Positions 1 to 12,107 of a DNA stretch of 64,000 nt are shown piece after piece. Below the pieces are notes generated by a model, which saw only the letters and a list, made by a program, of their open reading frames with translations, made no database searches and was not told the DNA's origin. The position numbers and the translations under genes are program-made. The stretch covers positions 1,631,368 through 1,695,367 of the forward strand of contig CAWANH010000029.1 in assembly GCA_963783375.1 (NCBI GenBank), written 5' to 3'. The stretch comes from Candidatus Eiseniibacteriota bacterium (GTDB lineage Bacteria > Eisenbacteria > RBG-16-71-46 > JABDJR01). How positions within the stretch are numbered: the first letter of the stretch is position 1; each line of letters begins with the position of its first letter.

Positions 1-2109
1 CTCCGCCTCTTCGCACCGGTGTGCGAGGCGGTCGAGTTCGCCCACCACCACCTGGTGGTCCACCGTGACATCAAGCCGTCCAACATTCTGGTCACCGGGG
101 ACGGCGTGGTGAAGCTGCTCGACTTCGGGATCGCCAAGCTGATGGAATCCGAGGAGGAAACCCGGGACGGACTCACCCACACCCTGAACCGGGCGATGAC
201 CCCCGACTACGCCAGTCCCGAACAGATCCTGGGCGAACCGGTGACCACCCTGTCCGACGTCTACGCCCTCGGGGTCCTGCTATTCGAGCTGCTCGCGGAC
301 CGGGCCCCCTACCGGACCGCCGAACTCACCCCTCGCGAGCTGGAGCGGCTGGTCTGCGACACCCCGCCTCCGCGCGTCTCGGAAGCGGCGCCGCCGGGGA
401 GGAAACGGCGGCTCAAGGGGGATCTCGACACGATCGTGGCCTCGGCCATGCATCGCGATCCGGCCCGGCGGCCCGCGTCGGCCCGGGAATTCCTGGCCGA
501 CCTTGGCCGGTACCGCTCGGGCCGGCCGATCAGCGCCCGGGCGGACAGCGCGACCTATAGCCTGCGGAAATTCGTGTCCCGGAACCGGGCGGGGGTCGGG
601 ATCGCGTTCGCGCTCCTGGTCGTCCTCGCCGGCGGGCTGGCCGCCACTGCGCGCCAGGCCCGGATCGCGGAGCGGCGACTGGAAGGAGGACGCGCGCTCG
701 CCAACCGCCTGCTGCTCGACGTGCACGACGGGCTCCGGGACTTGAACGGCTCCACCCGGATCCGCCGCGAGCTGGTCGCCAACACGCTCGCCTACCTGGA
801 TCTTCTGGCCGAGGACAGCGGGAACGACCCCGGCCTGCTCGACGACATGGCCTCGGCGTACGAAAAGGTGGCTGCCCTCCAGGGAAACCCCGACGAGGAC
901 AACCTGGGCGACCTGGCCGGCGCCGTGGCCAACTACCGGAAGGCGGTTTCCATTCGGGAAGTCCTGCTCCGGGATCATCCCGGCCAGCCCCGGAAGGCTC
1001 GGGACCTGGCCCGGGCGCAGGGGCGGCTGGCGGTGCCGCTCTCCTACGCGGGCCGGGACTCGGAGGCCATGGCCCTGGAGGCTTCCGCGCTGGCCGTGCT
1101 CACCCCCATGACGCGCGCGAACCCCGCCGACGCGGCGCTCGCGAGAACCGAGGCGCGGATCCGGGCCGAGCACGGATGGCTTCAGGCATGGGAGGGGGAT
1201 CCGGTCGGCCCGCGGGCGGACCTGCTCGTAGCCGAGCACCGGCTGGCCGCCCTCGCCGCGGGCGCCCCGGATGACCTGGACCTGGCCGTCGATCTCTGGC
1301 GGGCGCGGTACTATCTGGGCGACGCCTACTTCATGGGCGGCGACCTCGACCGGAGCCTCGGGTGGTTCCGGACCGGCGGAAACGCCCTCGACTCCCTCGC
1401 CGCCCGGTGCCCCGGAAACCCCCGGGTCCTCCGCGGTCAGATGGGGTGCGCCAAGCGGCTGGGGGACGTCCTGGCCCGGAAGGAGGACAGCGCGGAGGCG
1501 CTCCGGGCGTACCGCCGCGCGCTCGAGATCTCCGAGCGCCTGGCCACGAACAACCCGGAGAACCGGACCGCGCACCGGGGGGTGGGCTTCGGCTACAACG
1601 CGCTCGGGGCCTACCTCGTCCAACTCGGCCGGAGCGACGAAGGCATCGCGGCCATCCGCCGGGCGGTGGACATCCGCACCGCGCTCCACGAGGCCGATTC
1701 CACCAACGTCTCGGACACCAACGATCTCTCGATCTCGCTCCTCCGGCTGGCCGACGCTTACCTCTCCCAGGAGCGGTACGACGAGGCCATCGAGAGCTGC
1801 CGCACCGCGCGCCGTGTGCACATGGAGCTTCCCGCCGTCGAACGGGAGAACCCGCAGACTCGGGGGAACCTGGCCGCGATCGAGGCTACCGCGGGCATGG
1901 TCCTGCGCCGCTCGGCGGACGCGACACGGGAACCGGCGGTCCAGGGAGCGCGGCGGCGGGAGTCCCTGATCCACTATCGAGCCGCGCTCGACCTCTTCCG
2001 GCGGATCGCCTCCGGGGGAGCCTCCACCGACCTTTGGACCGACGACATCCGGGTGATCCGGGGGGAAGTGGACACGCTGGAAGCCGCGCTGTCCGCCGGC
2101 GATCCCTAG
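1..2109 (+). CDS. Hanks-type Ser/Thr protein kinase with TM segment and C-terminal TPR-like repeats (5' truncated by window)
   Basis: HRDIKPSN, DFGIAK, ASPE and SDVYALG kinase motifs; hydrophobic segment then helical repeats; frame open from window start. Confidence 0.93.
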   Translation, partial: LRLFAPVCEAVEFAHHHLVVHRDIKPSNILVTGDGVVKLLDFGIAKLMESEEETRDGLTHTLNRAMTPDYASPEQILGEPVTTLSDVYALGVLLFELLADRAPYRTAELTPRELERLVCDTPPPRVSEAAPPGRKRRLKGDLDTIVASAMHRDPARRPASAREFLADLGRYRSGRPISARADSATYSLRKFVSRNRAGVGIAFALLVVLAGGLAATARQARIAERRLEGGRALANRLLLDVHDGLRDLNGSTRIRRELVANTLAYLDLLAEDSGNDPGLLDDMASAYEKVAALQGNPDEDNLGDLAGAVANYRKAVSIREVLLRDHPGQPRKARDLARAQGRLAVPLSYAGRDSEAMALEASALAVLTPMTRANPADAALARTEARIRAEHGWLQAWEGDPVGPRADLLVAEHRLAALAAGAPDDLDLAVDLWRARYYLGDAYFMGGDLDRSLGWFRTGGNALDSLAARCPGNPRVLRGQMGCAKRLGDVLARKEDSAEALRAYRRALEISERLATNNPENRTAHRGVGFGYNALGAYLVQLGRSDEGIAAIRRAVDIRTALHEADSTNVSDTNDLSISLLRLADAYLSQERYDEAIESCRTARRVHMELPAVERENPQTRGNLAAIEATAGMVLRRSADATREPAVQGARRRESLIHYRAALDLFRRIASGGASTDLWTDDIRVIRGEVDTLEAALSAGDP

Positions 2110-2152
2110 CCGGGACGCGCCGGTCCGGCGGGCGTCCGCGCCCCACCCCGGA

Positions 2153-3781
<1,629 letters not shown>

Positions 3782-4054
3782 GAATGAAGCTCCTGGGTAT
3801 CAGCCTACCCAGAGCGATGAGCCGTGGGACGGTCTAGGCGGGATAAATTCGAGGTCATGGAGGCGGCCGCGGAGTTGCGACCCCTCTCTGGCGCAGACCG
3901 AACTGCGCGAACCGACCGATCCTATCAGGTATCGGCCGGGTCGAGGGAAATCTTTTGGCCGGGGTGGGAACGAGGTCGGGGAGCGGCTCCGGGAGGGCCG
4001 CTCGGATCGAAGCGAAGAGGGAACTCAGGGCCTCGACCGGGCGCTCGCGGAGGC

Positions 4055-4537
4055 TCAGTTCTCCCCGGGGGTACGGCAGCTCAGGGCGATCATGAGCACC
4101 GCCGCGGCCAGCAGAGCCCCCCCGACCGGCACCAGGAAGATGCCGATGCCGGGGTCGCCCTGGTAGGGGATCAACCCGCCGAGAAAGAACCCCCCGGGGA
4201 GAATCACGGTGGCGCTCAGAAGGAAGACCGACGCAAACCAACGGGTGCGGGGCGATCCCGAGGGAAGGCGATGCATCGTGCCGCCGAAGACCAGGTTGAT
4301 CACGGCGAGGAGCGTGCCGTGCGCGTGGGCCAGGGTCCACGAGAAGCGCCGCGGGGTGTTGGCGATTTCCAGGTACCAGCCGACCTTGAACCCGTGCAGG
4401 CCCTCGAGGACCAGGCCCAGCAGCAGGAACACCAGAAGCGACCACCAGCCGAACCGGAGATGACGCATGGGCAGGGCGTCGTCCCGGCGGGTTGCCGGAC
4501 CGGCCTTGGCTCCGCCGCTCGGGGTCTTTCGCTTCAT
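4055..4537 (-). CDS. Small integral membrane protein (about 4 TM), function unknown
   Basis: Four hydrophobic helices, AHAHG motif; start uncertain (4537 or 4468). Confidence 0.75.
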   Translation of the reverse strand: MKRKTPSGGAKAGPATRRDDALPMRHLRFGWWSLLVFLLLGLVLEGLHGFKVGWYLEIANTPRRFSWTLAHAHGTLLAVINLVFGGTMHRLPSGSPRTRWFASVFLLSATVILPGGFFLGGLIPYQGDPGIGIFLVPVGGALLAAAVLMIALSCRTPGEN

Positions 4538-4713
4538 GGTCGGACCGCCGTCGGTTGAAGGGTCACGCCCCGGCGCCGGAGCACCGTCGGCTCCAGGAGG
4601 CAGGTCGCGCCGAGGGAATCGCCCCGGGATTCGATTCCTGACAAGCATGATACAATACGTGTGATTTCGATAATCGTCATTCTACGCTTCGGGAGGCTCA
4701 CATCAACGACAAG

Positions 4714-6588
4714 TTGATAGCCGTCGCGGCCATGGTGACCCTGGGCCTGTCCAGCTTCGTCCTGAGCGCGCATCTCCCGCGGACGAGCCCCCGGGTCGAC
4801 CCCGGCTCCCTCATCGATCCCCGCGTGGAGCACGAGGGCGGATACGTCGGATCGGACGTCTGCCTTTCCTGCCACCCCTATCAGCACGCAACCTGGCACG
4901 CTTCCTATCACCGATCGATGACCCAGGTGGCCACTCCGCAAACCGTCCGGGCCCCCTTCGATGGGACGGAGCTCAGCCTGGAAGGCGTGACCTGGCACGT
5001 GGAGCGACGGGGGGACCAGTTCTGGGTCAGGGGGAAGGAGCCGGGGCCGAACGGGAGTTTCGTCTCCGAGTTCGAGCGGCAGATCGTCATGACGACCGGG
5101 TCGCACAACTACCAGCTGTACTGGATGCAGTCGGTCGGAGGAAACGGCATGCAGCCGTTCCCGCTCGTCTATCTCCTGTACGACCGGGTGTGGATTCCGC
5201 GAAAGTCGAGGTTCCTGAGCCCGCCCGTCCGGAGGACTCCCGCCGAGACCGGGCGCTGGAGCGTGCACTGCATCAAGTGCCATGCGACCCGGGGCCGGCC
5301 ACGCGCCCCGGACGGAGAAACGCACGTCGCGGAGCTGGGGATCAGTTGCGAAGCCTGTCATGGTCCGGGGGCCAAGCACGCCCGGCTGAATCGAAACCCT
5401 CTCCGCCGCTTCCGCCTCTATCTTACCGGCGCCCCGGACCCCGCCATCGTCAACCCCGCCCGCCTGCCGCACGACCGTTCAACCCAGGTCTGCGCCCAGT
5501 GCCACGGCATTCAGATCTTCCTCACGCCGGAAGAGGGCGAATCCTGGAGACGCGAAGGATCGTATTTCAGACCGGGCGACGACCTCTCCAGGTTCCAAAC
5601 CACCGTGGCCGGACGGTACGAGAACAACCCCCTCGAAGTGCGCCGCTACATCGACGACCATACCGCCTTCGAGCTCCGGAACCTCTTCTGGCCGGACGGC
5701 ATGCTCCGGGTGACCGGCCGGGAATACCACGGCATGCTGGAGACGCCCTGCTACCAGCGGGGAGAGATGAGCTGCCTCTCCTGCCATACCCTGCATCGCC
5801 CGAAGGACGATCCCCGCCCGCTCACGGCGTGGGCCGACGATGAGCTCGGCACGGGGATGCGGGGCGACGGCGCGTGCCTCCAGTGCCACTCGCGCTACCG
5901 GGACCCGGACGCTCTGTCCGCCCATTCGCACCACCCCGTGGATTCGACGGGGAGCCGTTGCTACAACTGCCACATGCCGTACACGAGCTGGGGGCTCTTG
6001 CGGGCCATCCGAAGCCACACCGTCGACTCCCCGAAGGTGGCGACGAGCCTGTCCACGGGCCGGCCGAATGCGTGCAACCAGTGCCACCTGGACCGCACGT
6101 TGCTGTGGACGGCCGGAAAGCTCAAGGCCTGGTACGATATCGAGCCTCCAGAGCTGTCCGAGGACCAGCGGACGGTGGCGGCATCGGTCCTCTGGGCACT
6201 TTCCGGCGACCCGGCGCAGCGTGCGATCATGGCCTGGAGCATGGGTTGGGAGCCTGCCCGCCGGGCGTCCGGCACCCAGTGGATGGTGCCCTATCTCTGC
6301 CTGCTCCTCCTGGATCGCTACGACGCCGTGCGCTACACCGCTCAACGTTCGCTCCGTCTCTACCCCGAGTACCGCGCGGCCGCCACCGATTCCGTGGCCG
6401 GCGCGACGATGGAGCAGCAGAACGAGATGGAGAATCTCATCCTAGACGAATGGTACCGCCGGTTCCCCACTTCCGGGGGAAAGAGCGGATCCCGCTTCCT
6501 GATCTCCGCCGACGGCACGATCGACCAGGCGCGTTTCGGGCGCCTGGTGACGCTACGCGGGAATTATCACCTCGTTCTGTTCGAGTAG
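4714..6588 (+). CDS. Exported multiheme (8 CxxCH) c-type cytochrome
   Basis: CLSCH, CIKCH, CEACH, CAQCH, CLSCH, CLQCH, CYNCH, CNQCH; N-terminal hydrophobic segment. Confidence 0.9.
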   Translation: MIAVAAMVTLGLSSFVLSAHLPRTSPRVDPGSLIDPRVEHEGGYVGSDVCLSCHPYQHATWHASYHRSMTQVATPQTVRAPFDGTELSLEGVTWHVERRGDQFWVRGKEPGPNGSFVSEFERQIVMTTGSHNYQLYWMQSVGGNGMQPFPLVYLLYDRVWIPRKSRFLSPPVRRTPAETGRWSVHCIKCHATRGRPRAPDGETHVAELGISCEACHGPGAKHARLNRNPLRRFRLYLTGAPDPAIVNPARLPHDRSTQVCAQCHGIQIFLTPEEGESWRREGSYFRPGDDLSRFQTTVAGRYENNPLEVRRYIDDHTAFELRNLFWPDGMLRVTGREYHGMLETPCYQRGEMSCLSCHTLHRPKDDPRPLTAWADDELGTGMRGDGACLQCHSRYRDPDALSAHSHHPVDSTGSRCYNCHMPYTSWGLLRAIRSHTVDSPKVATSLSTGRPNACNQCHLDRTLLWTAGKLKAWYDIEPPELSEDQRTVAASVLWALSGDPAQRAIMAWSMGWEPARRASGTQWMVPYLCLLLLDRYDAVRYTAQRSLRLYPEYRAAATDSVAGATMEQQNEMENLILDEWYRRFPTSGGKSGSRFLISADGTIDQARFGRLVTLRGNYHLVLFE

Positions 6589-6715
6589 CGAGGCATCCCG
6601 GGCCGTGGTCGCCCGAGACGCTCTCGACGCCGCCGGCAAGGCGAAGCAAAGGGGCGGGCTTGCCGCGGTGTGGCATCGGATTGGACGACGGGGACAACGG
6701 CGGGAACCCTCGGGA

Positions 6716-7600
6716 CTAAAGGCGGAGGATCTCCCCCATCCTGTCCATCGCCTCCGAGAACTCCGCGGTCACCTGCTCCCGCATCTCTTCCGAGATGTTG
6801 AGGGCCTTCCACGCGCTCTCCGCCGGCGGTTCCGGGATCAAGTGATCGGAGAAGAAGGGAAAGCACATGGACGCCATCGAGTCCGCGAGGTGCGCGACCA
6901 GCACCTGCCGGTGGTGTTGGCTTGCTTTCTCCGGGTGGTGGTGAAGCAAGGTCGTGTACTGAAGCAATCCCGGCAGATCCCACTTCTTGATGAGCCATGC
7001 CCCCGCGTCGGCGTGGCTGAACCCCAACGTATCGATCTCGATGCCCTCGGGCCAGACCCCTTCCTTCTCCGCCGCGTCGAGCACGCGCCGGGTGGCTTCC
7101 GGCAGAGCAAGCTCGATCGCCACCCATCCGATGTCGTGAATCAGTCCGCCCACATAGGCGGTACCGGGGTCGAGGCCGCAGTGCCTGGACAGGAGCTTTG
7201 CGAAGACGGCCGTGGCCACGGAGTGATGCCAGAACTTCTTGCGGGAAATGACCACGGCACTTGACCGTTGCTGCATGACCTGGTTCTTCAGCGCCCGGGC
7301 GATACACACGTATTTCACCTCGTTGAAGCCCAGGAGGACGATCGCCTCCCGGACCGAGGTGATGGTCTGGCTGAAGTAGAAAGCGGGGGAATTGGCGATT
7401 CGAAGGAGGCTCACGGTCAGGGAAGGATCGGTCTCGATCGTCCGCGCGAGGTCGTCGGCGGTGGTGTCCGGATCGTCGATCAGCCTCAGCAGTCGCGCAA
7501 GCACATGGGGGATATTGAAGTAGGTCTCGATCGTGCCGAGGGCCCGTTCCACGAGCCGTGCGACGACGAAATCCGGTCCCGCTTTGCTTGCCTCCGGCAT
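6716..7600 (-). CDS. Stand-alone HDOD domain protein
   Basis: DPSLTVSLLRIANSPAF, FWHHSVATA, GLIHDIG, HADAGAWLIKKWDLP. Confidence 0.9.
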   Translation of the reverse strand: MPEASKAGPDFVVARLVERALGTIETYFNIPHVLARLLRLIDDPDTTADDLARTIETDPSLTVSLLRIANSPAFYFSQTITSVREAIVLLGFNEVKYVCIARALKNQVMQQRSSAVVISRKKFWHHSVATAVFAKLLSRHCGLDPGTAYVGGLIHDIGWVAIELALPEATRRVLDAAEKEGVWPEGIEIDTLGFSHADAGAWLIKKWDLPGLLQYTTLLHHHPEKASQHHRQVLVAHLADSMASMCFPFFSDHLIPEPPAESAWKALNISEEMREQVTAEFSEAMDRMGEILRL

Positions 7601-7929
7601 GACCGTAAGACCCCCGTGTGGAGTACAGGTATTCTCCGTCCCGACCGCGTCAGCGGGGTCACGAACGCCGGTGGGACCTGGTCACATTCTCGACGCTTGG
7701 CATGGAGACATGAGAAAAGACGTATGAAGATTTCCAAATTTTCCCTAGCCCCACGGCCTGTAACAGTCTTATGTCTATGGAAATACAAGAGTTGGTGGAG
7801 ATCCGGGCCCTGATGGACGACTCAAGGCTGATTCGAGTCGAGCCGATACCTGTCGGGAAGATCTGAAGACTCAGATCGCATTCCATTCATGAGCCATGCG
7901 CTCCTGTCATCAATGGGAACCGCGTACCC

Positions 7930-9027
7930 ATGCGAAGACTCTGGAACTGGTTGTTCTCGAGGCCACACCCACCGGCCACCCCGGCTCAGGGGTCGCGTCG
8001 TTCTGCGCCGGCGCCGGACCTTGAAACCTCCCCACATCCGATGACCGCGCCCGATCCGAGCCCCGCTTCGGATCCCTTGCGGCCCGACCGGAGTCTGGAG
8101 ACACGGGATTCGCTGGAACGAAGCCTCCGGTGGCGGAGCCAGGTCCTTTTCAGGATCATCGCGGAGCGAGGCTTCGGCGGAGATTGTTCCGCAGTCGTGG
8201 AAAGCCTGAAACTCGGTGCGACCTCGTCCGTCCGCCAGCTCCCCGCCGCAGCCCAGAGGGCCCTGGAGGTCAGCCACGATCCCGACTCGACCATCGAGGA
8301 TCTTGTGAATCTCTTCGAGAACGACCCCACCCTGACCCAAGCGCTCCTCAAGCGGGCGAACTCCGCCTGGTACCGGCGGCATGGCGAGAGCATCGAGTCC
8401 ATATTTCCGGCCGTACGCCGGATCGGGGCCAAGGCGGTGGAAACCCTGCTGCTAGAGAAGGTCCTCCGCGGCCTGGTCGGCCGTCCCGGCGGCGCTCTGG
8501 GGGCGATGGCGGAAGGCGTCTGGGAGGATATGATCCGGATTTCCGGTGTAACAAGATCGATGGCGCCGGCTTTCGGGGTAGATGCCGAGCGAGCCTATGC
8601 GCTCTCCCTTCTCAGTGACGTCGGGAAGCTGGTCGTATTCGATCACATCGCGGACCTCCGGAAGATCATGCGCCGGGATGTTGCGATCCCCGATGACTTT
8701 CTCGAGTGTCTCCTGCATCACGTGCACGAACCCTTGAGCGGTCTGGCCGCCCTGCGCTGGGGAATGGGCGAGGAGGCGGCCTTCGTCGTCGCCCACCATC
8801 ATCGTCACCCGGTTCCCGAGTCGAGTGAACCCTTCACGGAGACTCTCTACGTGGCCGATGCCGCGGCCGCCGCCCTGGATGGGCTCCCGGACTGGGACGC
8901 GATCTGGAGCGCGGGCGGCATAACCCGGGAACGCGAACCGGTGGAGCGGATATACGCCGAGATCGCGAGTTCGGAAATCCCGGACGAACCGGGCGAGCCG
9001 GAGGAACCCTACTGCGAGGCCGCATAG
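7930..9027 (+). CDS. HDOD domain protein with degenerate HD motif
   Basis: DPTLTQALLKRANSAWY; LLSDVGK where LLHDIGK is expected; VAHHH. Confidence 0.85.
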   Translation: MRRLWNWLFSRPHPPATPAQGSRRSAPAPDLETSPHPMTAPDPSPASDPLRPDRSLETRDSLERSLRWRSQVLFRIIAERGFGGDCSAVVESLKLGATSSVRQLPAAAQRALEVSHDPDSTIEDLVNLFENDPTLTQALLKRANSAWYRRHGESIESIFPAVRRIGAKAVETLLLEKVLRGLVGRPGGALGAMAEGVWEDMIRISGVTRSMAPAFGVDAERAYALSLLSDVGKLVVFDHIADLRKIMRRDVAIPDDFLECLLHHVHEPLSGLAALRWGMGEEAAFVVAHHHRHPVPESSEPFTETLYVADAAAAALDGLPDWDAIWSAGGITREREPVERIYAEIASSEIPDEPGEPEEPYCEAA

Positions 9028-9590
9028 TCCGGTTCCGAGCGGGGTGCCAGGGGCGCGTCCCGACCGGGCGTCGCCGCCGCCGCCTCAGCGCCGTACCACC
9101 TCGATCGAGGCCGGATATCGGGTCGAGCACCGCCCGGGCCGGAGCGAGGGCGCTCATGGCGTGCACGCCCGAGGCGGGCGCGAACCCTCCCATCGCCCGG
9201 GTCACCCGGGTACCCAGAAGTCCGAGAGGGAGGATGAGCTCGAGAAGCCCCAGACCCCTATAGCCGATGTTGCCAGGTAGCAGGCGCGCGCCGGAGCGTG
9301 ACCGCGAGGATCCACAGCGCTCCCAGGAGCAGCGTGGTCTGCCGGAGGTGGACGAGAACGGCCGGACCGGTTCCGATGAGCGCGTTCATTTCCTCCCCCG
9401 TTTTCCGGGCGCAGCGGAAGATCGGGAAGCGACCGCTTCATGAACCATCCGGGATCGAAACCCTGCGACATCTGTCGCAGACCGGAATGTTCGACGTTTG
9501 TCGCACCATATCAATCGTCGAGTGGATCGCGTCCGAATGAACCGGGGGCTCCGAGTTGCGCGGATGGCTCTTCTGCCCTAGGATGCCCCC

Positions 9591-10292
9591 ATGAAACAGA
9601 ATCCAGCTTTGGCACTGGGGTTGATCGCCTGGCTGCTGCTCGTGGGCTGCGGGCAACGCGACGCTTCCCGGCGGTCGGAGTCGCCCGCGGATACGAGCCA
9701 AGGGATGAATCCCGCCCCCGAGACGACGTCCGCACCGTCGGAGTCCATGCACGCATCCGTACCCTCCTCCACGGTGGGAGAGGCGCCTCCCGAGAACCCG
9801 GCTCCGGCCGCCGAATCCCCTCCCCCGACGCCCGTTCCCTCCGGGATGGAGCCAAGCCCGGAAGAGACTCCACCTCCCACGAACACCCAACCGGAACCCG
9901 CTGCCACCCCACCGTCCGAGCCTCCGAAGACTCCCGAGCCGCCCCCGACTCCCAGCGTCGTGGATCCGGGCGGGATGGTCGAGGTCCAGGCGACGAAAGC
10001 GGGCCTCACCCGTGTCGGCCCCGAGAAATGCAAGATGTGCCACAAGGTGCAGTTCGAGTCCTGGTCGGCGACCGCCCACGCCAAGCGCACCCCGCCCCTC
10101 GACTGCGAGAGCTGCCACGGAGCAGGGAGCGAGTACAAAACGCTGTCCGTGATGAAGGATCTCCAGAAGGCCAAGGCCGCCGGACTGGTCCTGCCGACTC
10201 GCGAATTCTGCGCCACCTGCCACCGGAGCGGCTGGTCCGACGACATGCTGGCCCACGCCCACGCCCACAAACCGGCGGCCGGCGCACACTAG
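9591..10292 (+). CDS. Lipoprotein triheme cytochrome c with Pro-rich tether
   Basis: Lipobox LLVGC, roughly 100 aa P/E/S/T-rich linker, CKMCH, CESCH, CATCH. Confidence 0.88.
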   Translation: MKQNPALALGLIAWLLLVGCGQRDASRRSESPADTSQGMNPAPETTSAPSESMHASVPSSTVGEAPPENPAPAAESPPPTPVPSGMEPSPEETPPPTNTQPEPAATPPSEPPKTPEPPPTPSVVDPGGMVEVQATKAGLTRVGPEKCKMCHKVQFESWSATAHAKRTPPLDCESCHGAGSEYKTLSVMKDLQKAKAAGLVLPTREFCATCHRSGWSDDMLAHAHAHKPAAGAH

Positions 10293-10540
10293 CCGGTCTC
10301 GCTCTCCTCGGCGCCTCCCGCCGGCCGATCGTATGCTCCGTCGTTGCGTGTCGGATCCGCTGTCGCCGACATCCTTCTTGACTACCGAAACATCCAGCGC
10401 CGGAGGTTCCCCACCCTTGCCGGCGGCGTGGTCCTGAGGGTCCATCCGGCTGGTGCACCCGATTCATCACCGTCAAGCCCGAGGTCGGCGGAGCTACACC
10501 CGGGGAGGGCGTGAGTCAACGCCCCGGGTGGCCGGCCCAC

Positions 10541-10574
10541 GCGAATCCCGGGGGATCTCTCCCCCGGGATTCGC
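10541..10574. terminator. Perfect 15-bp-stem hairpin between convergent genes
   Basis: GCGAATCCCGGGGGA-TCTC-TCCCCCGGGATTCGC. Confidence 0.65.
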
Positions 10575-10610
10575 CACGGAATCAGCCGTTGAGGGTGCGA
10601 ACGATGGGAC

Positions 10611-10916
10611 CTATCTCCACTTCTTGCCCATCTCGTCGAGGCCGGCCTGCTGAAGATCTTCCGGCGTCATCGTGGGAAGGAACTTCACCGTCGCGTTGAA
10701 GAGGAGAAAGAACGGTTCCGCGAACCGGGCCATCTCGGAGGTCTTTTCCATGTTGATGATGAAGATACCGCCGCGGGTGCCGTCGTTCGAGGTGAAGTAC
10801 GCGGCTTCGGGTTTGATCTCCTCCATGACCCGGGACATCTTCTGGCCTATCGTTCCGTCGAGGACGAACTTGTTGAACTGCTCGGGCGGAAAGCTGGCTT
10901 GCATGACGAAGCGCAT
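10611..10916 (-). CDS. Small conserved alpha/beta protein (DUF3303/GYD-like)
   Basis: MRFVMQASFP...IKPEAAYFT...GTRGG...AEPFF pattern; GAGGAG RBS upstream of ATG 10916. Confidence 0.75.
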   Translation of the reverse strand: MRFVMQASFPPEQFNKFVLDGTIGQKMSRVMEEIKPEAAYFTSNDGTRGGIFIINMEKTSEMARFAEPFFLLFNATVKFLPTMTPEDLQQAGLDEMGKKWR

Positions 10917-11196
10917 TGCATTGCTCCTCTGGCTGGGGGGTACGAACAGCCCGCTCCGGCGAACCCATCCCCGGAGTTGACGCACGATTGGATTCAGGGA
11001 TTCCGTCGGGGGAGGAGTCGGTTATGGCTCTGGGTCCGCAGAGCAGGCTCCCTGGCGGGACCGCTCGGTCCGGCGAGGGCTCGAACCAAGGGCCGACAAA
11101 TCGTACTCCTTTTCGGCCGGGCGGCAATCATCAAACTCCGTCCGGTGGCCGGTGGTGATTCGGATTCGTCGAAGTCCTCCAGAATCAACGGATTAT

Positions 11197-11231
11197 GAGG
11201 AATCCCGAGGGCCATGCTCCCGGGATTCCTC
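11197..11231. terminator. Hairpin downstream of ferritin-like gene
   Basis: GAGGAATCCCG...CGGGATTCCTC inverted repeat. Confidence 0.55.
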
Positions 11232-11271
11232 GCCGATCCGTGAAGGCGGCTACGGTGCCGTTCGAGGACGG

Positions 11272-11793
11272 CTAGAGCGCCGGGAGTTCGTCCTCGTCCT
11301 CTTCCAGATCGATGTCCGAGCCGGGGGGTAGATTGGCGATGGCCTCCCGCACCAGGCGCACGTGTTCCGTCTCCTCGTCCCGCAGTTCGGTGAAGAGGGC
11401 CTGGATCTCGGGATCGGTGATGTGAGCGAGGGCCCGATCGTAGAAATCGTACGCCTTCTGCTCCGACGAGAGCGCCACCTCGAACGCCTTGAGAGGAGAC
11501 ATGTTGGAGCGAGGGGCGCCCATCTCCGGCGCCTCCACGTCGAAAAGGGCGTCCCGGGAGACTCTCATCGGGACCTTGCCGAACATGGCCTTGCGCCGCT
11601 CCTCGAGATCCTTGCCGTGCTTGGCCTCGTTCTCGGCCATCGAGGCGAACACGTCGGCCGCGTCCCCCGTGAAACGGTGGCCGAGCTGGGCGGAGAACAT
11701 CTTGTAGCGCTCGTAGGCCTCCACCTCGATGAGCACCGCCAGGTCGAGAGCGTCCATCAGGTCGAGGGTGGCGAAATCGATACGGGTGGACAT
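11272..11793 (-). CDS. Rubrerythrin/ferritin-like diiron protein
   Basis: Two E..ExxH halves (ENEAKH, DEETEH); RBS before ATG 11793. Confidence 0.88.
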   Translation of the reverse strand: MSTRIDFATLDLMDALDLAVLIEVEAYERYKMFSAQLGHRFTGDAADVFASMAENEAKHGKDLEERRKAMFGKVPMRVSRDALFDVEAPEMGAPRSNMSPLKAFEVALSSEQKAYDFYDRALAHITDPEIQALFTELRDEETEHVRLVREAIANLPPGSDIDLEEDEDELPAL

Positions 11794-12107
11794 GCGGTAC
11801 TCCTCGTTGGCGTTCGGTGGAATCAAATCTCCGGCGGCGGGGATCGGTGCTGTCAAGGCGCGATGGGTCCGTGTAGCCGACCGCAAACCGGAGTCAGGAT
11901 AACCCGGCGCGTTCACCCCGGCAAGTTCGGACCTGTCGCTCCGAACGATCCCAACCGAGTCGCGACCGCTGGTCGATCAACGAGAAACATGACCATGTGA
12001 GTCATTGGACCCCGGTGTTTGCCTGGGCTAGACTTGTGCGCAAATCAAGCTAGGCGTTGATCCGGGTGCAGCGAAACCCTGGGGATTCGCGGAAAGGGAG
12101 GTCGCAC

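Noticed and set aside
11272-11793. Ferritin-like protein as encapsulin cargo
   Set aside because: No L.VGSL-type targeting peptide and no adjacent encapsulin gene.
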